Shown: one piece after another, positions 27,315 to 34,227 of the stretch | Layout of the letters: each line of letters starts with the position of its first letter | How positions within the stretch are numbered: position 1 is the first letter of the stretch | DNA from: Parcubacteria group bacterium | Lineage (GTDB): Bacteria > Patescibacteriota > Patescibacteriia > UBA9934 > GWF2-40-263 | Assembly: GCA_013204395.1 (NCBI GenBank) | Contig: JABMNZ010000010.1 | Location: 1-34,227, forward strand | Direction: 5' to 3' | DNA length: 34,227 nt | The notes under the pieces: model-generated | The model's input: only the letters and a program-made list of their open reading frames with translations | Database searches by the model: none | What the model was told of the DNA's origin: nothing | Position numbers and translations under genes: made by a program

Positions 27315-27359
27315 ACGCCGGACCCTGGAATGCATCCTGGGTCTTTTTCTTTGAAACAA

Positions 27360-27400
27360 AAAAACGGCTCCGGTTACCCGAAGCCGTTTTGTTTATTTTA
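27360..27400. terminator. bidirectional terminator between NUDIX operon and membrane-protein gene
   Basis: acggctccggttacccgaagccgt flanked by A- and T-runs; an additional hairpin + ttttt at ~27318-27345. Confidence 0.65.
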
Positions 27401-28106
27401 GTTCAATTCGTCTTAGCCATTCGTAGAGTGGTCCTATGGCGAAACCGACTGTGGCTGCCCAGATAAGTTCCTGTAGTGGTACTCCACCAATAAGGAATGT
27501 TGCGGCAGCATCTAGTTGCCAGAAACTTGCTGCGTCAAGAGGGAATAGGCGTACAAAGAAAATTTGTTCGGTCATGAACACCAAGGCGGCGAGGAATAAC
27601 CCTGACAGTAAGGCATTCATCATAAGGTCGTGTCTGTCTGCAATGATGTAGATGCCCACAAGCAGACCACCGACTATCAGAGCGTTGATGCTAGAGATTG
27701 CAAATACGTGAATAAACAAGAGTGAGGCGAATGCCCAGATACCTAGAACGAGAATCAGGTGACCGATCCAGTGTCCAACATGTTTCATTTCATATCGCCC
27801 TTTACGGAGCTTGTGTGCATGCTTACCAATAAGAACTTGATAGATCACTGCTGCGATTCCGAATAGTGAAAACGCAAAGATCAAATCTTCGATCCCTACT
27901 GCACTTGCTGTATCAGATACCATTTGTCGATAATCTTCCGCAACAATAATGAGCACGGCAGGTGAGAGAATGAGTCCCACCACTGACATGATTACTTGCT
28001 CTCTTCTTGTCTCATTAGAAAAAAGAAGTATCGCGAGCCAGATGATGAAAAAGACTATCGAGGTTAAAAGAAAGGCTGTCATATGAGAGAAGTGTACCGC
28101 ATCCAT
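27393..28106 (-). CDS. polytopic membrane protein, unknown function (237 aa)
   Basis: ~7 hydrophobic helices. Confidence 0.6.
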   Translation of the reverse strand: MDAVHFSHMTAFLLTSIVFFIIWLAILLFSNETRREQVIMSVVGLILSPAVLIIVAEDYRQMVSDTASAVGIEDLIFAFSLFGIAAVIYQVLIGKHAHKLRKGRYEMKHVGHWIGHLILVLGIWAFASLLFIHVFAISSINALIVGGLLVGIYIIADRHDLMMNALLSGLFLAALVFMTEQIFFVRLFPLDAASFWQLDAAATFLIGGVPLQELIWAATVGFAIGPLYEWLRRIELK

Positions 28107-28176
28107 TTATAATCGGCTACGTTTATATGTGAATTTTGTTTACAAGTTCATTGTGGTCGGGCATTCTATTGAGCAT

Positions 28177-28794
28177 ATGTATACAGGAATTATCCAAGCG
28201 CTTTGTCCGGTTGTGGAACTTACGGACAAGCCAGGACTTAAAAGTTTTATTGTTGAGCTGCCTGAGAATCTTTTGGATTGCCTAAAGCTCGGGGCAAGTG
28301 TCTCGATCGATGGGACTTGTTTTACCGTCACTGCAATAGAGGGTCAGCGTGTGAGCTTTGATGCTATGTTTGAGACACTCAAGATGACGACCATTGGCAC
28401 GCTCAAGCAAGGGGATTCGGTTAACATCGAGCGCTCAGCTAAAATGGGTGACGAGATTGGTGGGCATCCCATGAGCGGACATGTTTCTACCATGGCTGAG
28501 ATCATCAAGATCCAGGAGAGTGAGAACAATCGCTCTATGACATTCAAAGTCTCTGCAGAGTGGATGCGTTTTATCTTTTCAAAAGGGTTCATTGGATTAG
28601 ATGGGTGTTCGCTAACTGTTGTTGATGCAGATAAGGATGCTGAAACCTTTGTTGTACATTTTATTCCCGAGACGCTCCGTGTCACCCGCTTTGGAACAAA
28701 GAAGGTGGGGGACATGGTGAATGTCGAGATTGATCCCCAGACGCAGGTGATCGTCGAGACGGTGGAGCGTGTTATGTCACAAACTAATCAATAG
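28177..28794 (+). CDS. ribE: riboflavin synthase (alpha subunit)
   Basis: MYTGIIQ... duplicated lumazine-binding halves; ...GDSVNIERS...GHVS...; listed ORF 28129 start likely too far upstream. Confidence 0.85.
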   Translation: MYTGIIQALCPVVELTDKPGLKSFIVELPENLLDCLKLGASVSIDGTCFTVTAIEGQRVSFDAMFETLKMTTIGTLKQGDSVNIERSAKMGDEIGGHPMSGHVSTMAEIIKIQESENNRSMTFKVSAEWMRFIFSKGFIGLDGCSLTVVDADKDAETFVVHFIPETLRVTRFGTKKVGDMVNVEIDPQTQVIVETVERVMSQTNQ

Positions 28795-28799
28795 AAAAT

Positions 28800-29198
28800 A
28801 TGCCAAAGAAAATCGCACTAGTGATGGGGTCCTTTCATAAAGCGGAAGTTACAACTATGCTCGAGGCTGCTCGCGCGCAGGCTGCAGAGTTGGATCTTGA
28901 GATCGTCGAAGAAGTTTGGGTGATGGGTTCAATTGAAAAGCCACTGGCTCTTAAGAGGTTGCTCATGCGCGATGATGTTGATGGGGCCGCCGTATTGGGC
29001 ATCATTGAAAAGGGGGAGACACAACATGGATTTGTTATGGGACAGGTTGTGTACGATGCCATTATTCAACTCCAACTTGAGTATATGAAACCGGTGGGCT
29101 TAGGAATTTTAGGACCTGGAATCCTTCCAGATCAGATCCAGCCACGCCTTAAAGGGTATGCGCAGGCAGCAGTTGTAGCATTGGCCGACATGCTCTAG
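28800..29198 (+). CDS. ribH: 6,7-dimethyl-8-ribityllumazine synthase family protein (short, 132 aa)
   Basis: ...IALVMGSF...GAAVLGIIEKGETQHGFVMGQ... resembles RibH core; adjacent to ribE. Confidence 0.6.
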   Translation: MPKKIALVMGSFHKAEVTTMLEAARAQAAELDLEIVEEVWVMGSIEKPLALKRLLMRDDVDGAAVLGIIEKGETQHGFVMGQVVYDAIIQLQLEYMKPVGLGILGPGILPDQIQPRLKGYAQAAVVALADML

Positions 29199-29230
29199 AG
29201 ATCAGTTATTGACATGTATACTATTCAAGT

Positions 29231-31126
29231 ATGAAAAAATACGGGACAGATCCATCAAGAGAAGAACGCGGGGCACTTAGTGAGATCGTTTCAGGTCTTC
29301 CAGGAGCTGAACTTTTTTCTTCCCTTGAACAAGCGCAAGAAGTGTGGCCAAAGGAGGTGGCAGAGCGTCCAGAATTTATTGAGCAGGTACAAGAGCGCCA
29401 GCAACTGCGTGAGCGACTTGATGTGGTGCTTCATGCACTTCCAACTCCTGACACACATGTGCTCGCTGCAATTGAAAGTAGCGAACTTTCTGAAGATCAA
29501 GTAGCTGAGCTATTTGATTCTCTCTCAACACTTCTTGGTCCGGACTCAGAATATTATAGGGCCATGCTTTATCTTCCATTTGAATTACTCCCAATTTCTG
29601 ACTGGGAGCCAAAGACGGAAGGTTTGCAGAAGTCACTGGAGACGTTTCGTCAGGTATATCTAGAAACATGGGAAGCCTCTTTGTTGGTTCATGACGTGCG
29701 AGCCAATTTTGTCGATGGTGATGTGTTGGAGGTGGAGAAGCGTGAGGGGGATTTTGATCGAGTGGTTAAAGCGGCTCATCTTATTCCAAAGTTGGTTGAA
29801 GCTGGCTTGCTCACGGTTGAGGATGTAGTGGAGCGAACGAACAGCACAACTGATCCTGTGCTTCGTCAAAGTCTTGTAGATGTTCTGCCGGTGCTCAGGG
29901 ATATGGGGTATCTAGATGATGGTGGACCAGTTTATCTTCGCGGAGAAACTGGTGTTGAGAGTAAAGATTGGGATGTGGGTGGATTGGATGATCGACTCGC
30001 CGATGGATTCGCTGAGGTTGACGCAAAAGACTACGGTGACGCATCGGACAAACGCCTTTGGTGGCTTAAGAAGGTAGGTAAGGCCGAGGTGGTTGATCTG
30101 GAAGGTAGACAGATTGCGGTTGCAATTGCCCGTGGAGAGCTTCGAGAACCTGAAGAGTCACACGGCTTCCTGGAAATGAGTCTTCCAGCTCAGCAAGCCT
30201 TTATAGAGGGGGTGCGCGTGGCTTTGGAGAATCAAGCAAAAGAAGATCTGGTGAATGCACAAGAGACGTTCGGTGTTTATAAAGACACTCTCGACGCTTT
30301 GTGGACATTGGATCAAACAGATCTTCATGGGTCACTATCTAAGTTGTTTCATAGGCTCAATGCAATCGGGGTCATTACAGACAATCAGTTGTCAGACAAA
30401 GGGATTAAGCGTCCTGAGCTCGCCGGACCATTTTCTGAGAATCTCAAACAGCATGAGGCTGAGCTGGCAGAGGTCAAGAGGGTAGCACTTGAGCTAGAAC
30501 GAGATCCATTTTTATCAAAACATGTTTTACCGGTGGTGCTCGCCTATGGTTCACGGTTGAAAGGCTACGCTCATCTAGAGTCGGACATTGATACATCCGT
30601 GTTTATTCGTCCTGGTGTAGACCCAGCTGAGGGGCCTGCCATTCGCGCTGCTCTTCACAAGTTATTCGGGGCAGATGTACTTGGTGGTGAAACCAATGAG
30701 TTCTGGCTTGATGAGGGTGAGGAAGGGGAGTTGAAAATTGCGAACCCTGAATCCTATGATAAGTACCGTGGTGAGAACTATTGGGTGAACACATTATTTA
30801 TTAGCTCGTGGGAAGGAAGGAAAAAAGAGGTTGAGGCACTGCGACAGAAAATCCTTACAGAATATTTTTACGATGATCATCCTGAGCAGTTTGGACGAGA
30901 TTCGAGAAAAGTATATTTTGAAGGAATGGAGCGAGATCTACTTCAGTACAGATTGATGCACGATGGCTATGAGCGATTCCATCCGCCCTATGGGGGAATC
31001 GATGTGCCAAGTGCGGCATCCATCGACGGTGAGAGCACCTTCTACGATTCAGGATATCGGCATACAGCAATCCAGCTCTTTGCTAGACAGATTTTCCTGC
31101 CAAAACTTGAAAGAGAATCAGAGTAA
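29231..31126 (+). CDS. large hypothetical protein with C-terminal Pol-beta-type nucleotidyltransferase domain
   Basis: 631 aa; YGSRLKGYAHLESDIDTSVF fits hG[GS]-x10-DxD NTase motif; N-terminal 430 aa unassigned. Confidence 0.6.
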   Translation: MKKYGTDPSREERGALSEIVSGLPGAELFSSLEQAQEVWPKEVAERPEFIEQVQERQQLRERLDVVLHALPTPDTHVLAAIESSELSEDQVAELFDSLSTLLGPDSEYYRAMLYLPFELLPISDWEPKTEGLQKSLETFRQVYLETWEASLLVHDVRANFVDGDVLEVEKREGDFDRVVKAAHLIPKLVEAGLLTVEDVVERTNSTTDPVLRQSLVDVLPVLRDMGYLDDGGPVYLRGETGVESKDWDVGGLDDRLADGFAEVDAKDYGDASDKRLWWLKKVGKAEVVDLEGRQIAVAIARGELREPEESHGFLEMSLPAQQAFIEGVRVALENQAKEDLVNAQETFGVYKDTLDALWTLDQTDLHGSLSKLFHRLNAIGVITDNQLSDKGIKRPELAGPFSENLKQHEAELAEVKRVALELERDPFLSKHVLPVVLAYGSRLKGYAHLESDIDTSVFIRPGVDPAEGPAIRAALHKLFGADVLGGETNEFWLDEGEEGELKIANPESYDKYRGENYWVNTLFISSWEGRKKEVEALRQKILTEYFYDDHPEQFGRDSRKVYFEGMERDLLQYRLMHDGYERFHPPYGGIDVPSAASIDGESTFYDSGYRHTAIQLFARQIFLPKLERESE

Positions 31127-31132
31127 ATAAAA

Positions 31133-31175
31133 AGGCCCGAGACTACTTGCGTAGAGTCTCGGGCTTTTGAGTTGG
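31133..31175. terminator. bidirectional terminator; left boundary of island 4
   Basis: aaaaaggcccgagactacttgcgtagagtctcgggctttt. Confidence 0.7.
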
Positions 31176-31209
31176 AGCGCGTTTGCTCCTTCCCAAGTGT
31201 GTGTCCCGT

Positions 31210-32394
31210 TCAGCGGATGGGACGACGCTCCTGGCTGCCGATGCCGGAGAGCCTGCCGACGCCGTTGCTTCCGGCGTCCAGCTCGCTCCAGGTGATCTGG
31301 GATCCGAGCATGAACAGCGCTCCGAAGTACTGCACTTCGTCGTCGCTCCGCTCTTTGCCCTCGAGAATGCCCAGGACGTACCGGACGAGGTTCTGCTCCA
31401 GACGCGGGTAGGTGGCGGGAACCACCAGGCCAAGCTTCTTGAGCATGATTTCGCGGCTGGCCGCACCGACCATGGCCGGCAGGCGCGGGTTGGTGAGCGT
31501 CTCGCTGATCTGCGTGGCCTCGTAGGCAAGCGCCGAGGCGATCTGGACTCCCGTCCCCTTGAACACGCGGTTCACCGCATCAGCGACGGCGTCGCCGGCG
31601 TCGCGAACGACGCCCGTGTCGGGCGGAGACATCACTCCCGGAGGCATTGTCATGCCGGTTCCTTTGCCCATCATCATCATCATCATCATGTTCGGGTTGC
31701 TCGTGCCTTGCATCCAGGCTTCCTGCCACCCCTTGAGGGTCTCGTGGAAGGTCAGGATGGCGGGCCAGAGCTCATCGTCCAAACGCCTGAGCAAGACGTC
31801 CTTGCGGGCCTTGGTGACGAAGTTGCCGTCCATGCCGTCGATGGCATCGAACAGATCTCCGTAGCTGCGACGGGTGAGCAGCTTGCGCAGGGCGAAGAAT
31901 TCGGGCGGAACCTGCTCCTCGGACTCGTCGGTGAAGGCTTCCATCGCCTGGACCAGCCGTTCGGGGGCCTGGAAGAGGCCGGCACGGTTGGCCATGGCAG
32001 CGCGGATGGCGGCGATCACGGTCGACTGGTCGACCTTGAGGACACCGCCGGAGCGCAGGGCCATCAGCCAGGACTCGTTGCTGGGAACCGCTGGCAGCAG
32101 GGAGTCGATCGACACCGCGCTGACTTCCGCTGCGTGATCCCTCGGGCCGGCGGCCGGGGCCGGCTCGGGCTCGGGTACCTTGACCGCGGCGAGCAGCTTG
32201 CGGGCCGGGATGGCCTTCATGCCGACGTCGGTGAGGTCGCTTTCGGTGAGCATGGCCAGGTCGGCCACGCTGGTGACGCCCAGCTCGTCCACGATCTTCG
32301 TGGCGATGTCTTCGGCGACGCCCAGGGCGACGATCTGCTCGAGCAGGGTGGGTTCGGCGGTCTTGGTCTCTTCGGTCTTCTTCTTGGCAGCCAT
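31210..32394 (-). CDS. hypothetical protein with N-terminal helical DNA/RNA-binding-like segment and an M7 poly-methionine tract
   Basis: start MAAKKKTEETK with GGAGG RBS; NPNMMMMMMMGKGTGMTMPP encoded by (CAT)7 on the plus strand; the plus-strand ORF 31183..32412 (G/D/H/R-rich, His7) is judged the antisense artefact. Confidence 0.6.
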   Translation of the reverse strand: MAAKKKTEETKTAEPTLLEQIVALGVAEDIATKIVDELGVTSVADLAMLTESDLTDVGMKAIPARKLLAAVKVPEPEPAPAAGPRDHAAEVSAVSIDSLLPAVPSNESWLMALRSGGVLKVDQSTVIAAIRAAMANRAGLFQAPERLVQAMEAFTDESEEQVPPEFFALRKLLTRRSYGDLFDAIDGMDGNFVTKARKDVLLRRLDDELWPAILTFHETLKGWQEAWMQGTSNPNMMMMMMMGKGTGMTMPPGVMSPPDTGVVRDAGDAVADAVNRVFKGTGVQIASALAYEATQISETLTNPRLPAMVGAASREIMLKKLGLVVPATYPRLEQNLVRYVLGILEGKERSDDEVQYFGALFMLGSQITWSELDAGSNGVGRLSGIGSQERRPIR

Positions 32395-32408
32395 GATGGC
32401 CTCCACTT

Positions 32409-33788
32409 CTAGTTGAGTACTTTGTCGGCTTCCGTTGGTCCAAGCGAGAGCATTCTCACAGGGACCTTTAGGCAATCGTCGAGGACTGCCTTGACCAGAC
32501 GGAAGAGCTGGTCGGATGTGGCGCCACTTGGGACGTCCACGGATGTGATGTCAGGCGTGCAGGCGTTCACCTTTTCACCTAACGCTTCTGTGTAGCGCAT
32601 CTGCTCTTCGTCATTGCCTGTGCGCTGACGAAGTTCACCTTCCTGTGTGAAGTAGGTGGGGTCCTGCGTGCCGGATTGGTACCGGTGGCAGATGTTCCAT
32701 GTTCCGTTGCTTGCTACCTGGTCAAACCAGGTCAGGCACAGTCCATCGTAGGCACTTGGGCCACCGCTTGCCGCGATTGCATATCGCAGAAGTGGAAGGT
32801 CCAGGGGGCCAACGCGGATTGAGCCTTGCCAACGGTTCTCATCCTTGTGCGAGCCGGGCAGTAGATGTTCGCCCATCGCAGGGTCTGCGGTGGGCATTGG
32901 TCCGGCCCCATGACGGATCGTGTATGCGCGGTGAACCGCGATGTTGACGATTTGTCCGTTGTAACCAGCCTCTTGAAGCATTCCTTGGGCGAACCGAGGG
33001 AGTGTCCGAATGGCGCTGGTGTGGGGGTGAAATCCTGTGAAGGCGTCCGTCAGGATGCCGTGTGAGCTTTCGCCCACCAGGATTTGATCTCGGCGAAGGA
33101 TGTCGCTGAATTGATCGGCGCTTGTGATGTCCAAGCTGTGGCCAACGATCTGGAATCGACGGATGACGAAGTCCAAGAACCTGTCATCGTCGATTAGGTC
33201 GAATTCCTTCTGAGCCAGCGGACGATCCTCTGGCAAGAAGGGGAACTCACGAAGCCGCTGTAGATCTGTTCGGATCTGATCCCTTACGGCCGCAAGGCGG
33301 TCGCGTAGGTCCAGACCATTGAGATCACCTGCACGTATGGAGAGCTCGGGGTGTGATTGGTCGTAGCGCACGCTTTCACCTACGCCCGTACCGATCGTTC
33401 CTCTCGGGTTGTTCCCCCGAGCGAGCTCCTTGATGTGCGAGGCAATTCCGTGCAGCGGCGTCGCACACAGGCAAGCTTCGTGCGCCCGCATGAGGGCAAA
33501 GGGGTCGGCGACCCCAGCCTCACGCAGAGCTTTGGCTTCATTTAGCAGTCCTTCCGGATGCGCAATGAAGCGCGGGCTCATGAGGGTTGGTATTCCCTCG
33601 AAGGTGCCGCACCCCCACTGGCTGAACGCGAATTCATTACCAGAGGAGGTGCGCACACCATGACTTCCCTGGGCACCACCGATCTTGAGGATCAGTGCGG
33701 CGCCCATGGCGGTGGCAATCCTGTGAACTGCCCCACCCTTGCCACCGTCCCCAGGTCCCAGGTCGGTGACGATGTAGATCTTCTTCAT
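32409..33788 (-). CDS. adenylosuccinate synthetase family protein, divergent (PurA/PurZ-like)
   Basis: 459 aa; GDGGKGG (vs GDEGKGK), GGAQGSHGV (vs GGHNAGH), GTIGTGVGESVRYD (vs GTTGRGIGPAYEDK), TIRHGAGPMPT (vs STRVGAGPFPT), QGSIRVGPLDL (vs TTGRRRRTGWLD). Confidence 0.75.
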   Translation of the reverse strand: MKKIYIVTDLGPGDGGKGGAVHRIATAMGAALILKIGGAQGSHGVRTSSGNEFAFSQWGCGTFEGIPTLMSPRFIAHPEGLLNEAKALREAGVADPFALMRAHEACLCATPLHGIASHIKELARGNNPRGTIGTGVGESVRYDQSHPELSIRAGDLNGLDLRDRLAAVRDQIRTDLQRLREFPFLPEDRPLAQKEFDLIDDDRFLDFVIRRFQIVGHSLDITSADQFSDILRRDQILVGESSHGILTDAFTGFHPHTSAIRTLPRFAQGMLQEAGYNGQIVNIAVHRAYTIRHGAGPMPTADPAMGEHLLPGSHKDENRWQGSIRVGPLDLPLLRYAIAASGGPSAYDGLCLTWFDQVASNGTWNICHRYQSGTQDPTYFTQEGELRQRTGNDEEQMRYTEALGEKVNACTPDITSVDVPSGATSDQLFRLVKAVLDDCLKVPVRMLSLGPTEADKVLN

Positions 33789-33828
33789 CGTACTCTCCTG
33801 TTACTGGGAACGGTGGCGTGTGAGTGGT

Positions 33829-34227
33829 TCAGACCCAGTCGACCGCCGGGGGCGCTTCCTCGACGGGCGTGGTGCCCAGCTCGGTCAGCTCCTCGGCGGT
33901 CAGCGGCCAGAGGTCCGTCTTCTCACGGAACAGGTCACCGGCCTTGGGCCGACGGCTGTAGTTCTCCAGAGCCGCCTGGGCCCCGATGGGGATGTTGGAC
34001 ACCGATTCGGTCACCAGAGCCGCGTCCCGCTGGTCCAGTCCGTTCTCGGTCAGGAAGTCGCTGACACCCGTCAGAGCGAGGGTTCCTTCGGTCAGGCCCA
34101 CGATGGCGGCCTGTACCTGGGGAAGCACCTCGGTGCTCGGAAGGAGGATGACCCGATCGGGCCCGTACAGATCCTTCCAGAACGCCGTGGTGTCGCGATG
34201 GCTCCGCATCGCAAACGACATCGGAAC
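33829..34227 (-). CDS. hypothetical protein, 3' part (N-terminus beyond window end)
   Basis: open frame continues to window edge; high GC; no motif recognised. Confidence 0.4.
   Translation of the reverse strand, partial: VPMSFAMRSHRDTTAFWKDLYGPDRVILLPSTEVLPQVQAAIVGLTEGTLALTGVSDFLTENGLDQRDAALVTESVSNIPIGAQAALENYSRRPKAGDLFREKTDLWPLTAEELTELGTTPVEEAPPAVDWV

Noticed and set aside
31183-32443. Plus-strand ORF 31183..32412 (409 aa, His7 run) and minus-strand alt-frame ORF 31772..32443
   Set aside because: Their G/D/H/R/L-rich low-complexity composition is the antisense/alt-frame shadow of the minus-strand gene 31210..32394. That gene has a GGAGG RBS and normal amino-acid composition.

Overview
The window is a mosaic. 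The host backbone is low-GC (about 38-48%), and most of its genes lack Shine-Dalgarno motifs. Host features are: the 5' part of a divergent 16S rRNA with PVC/Chlamydiae-like signatures; a KH-domain protein and trmD; rlmN and rpsP; an IS200/RAYT-type Y1 transposase flanked by REP-like hairpin blocks; a hinge-less SMC; nrnA and clpP; a VanW-family protein, Hsp20 and a TrmB regulator; ribE and a ribH-like gene; and a large protein with a C-terminal nucleotidyltransferase domain. Four high-GC islands (about 57-63% GC, strong GGAGG ribosome-binding sites) interrupt this backbone, and each junction falls on a host terminator. Island 1 (2471-10545, all genes on the minus strand) carries a major-vault-protein homolog. 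It also carries a SAM-I riboswitch ahead of an MTA/SAH nucleosidase operon, an HExxH protein and a membrane protein. Island 2 (about 12570-17900, plus-strand genes) looks like a cassette array. Small membrane and Cys-rich peptides are each followed by members of three repeat families, all built on an attC-like imperfect palindrome that ends in GTTGRG. Nested inside island 2 is a self-contained low-GC module bracketed by 45-bp direct repeats. Island 3 (26340-27330) is an operon of two paralogous zinc-ribbon proteins and a NUDIX hydrolase. Island 4 (31183 to the window end) holds a divergent PurA/PurZ-like adenylosuccinate-synthetase homolog, a poly-Met protein and a partial ORF. I found no tRNA, no CRISPR array and no integrase in the window. 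Several small-ORF calls in island 2 are uncertain.
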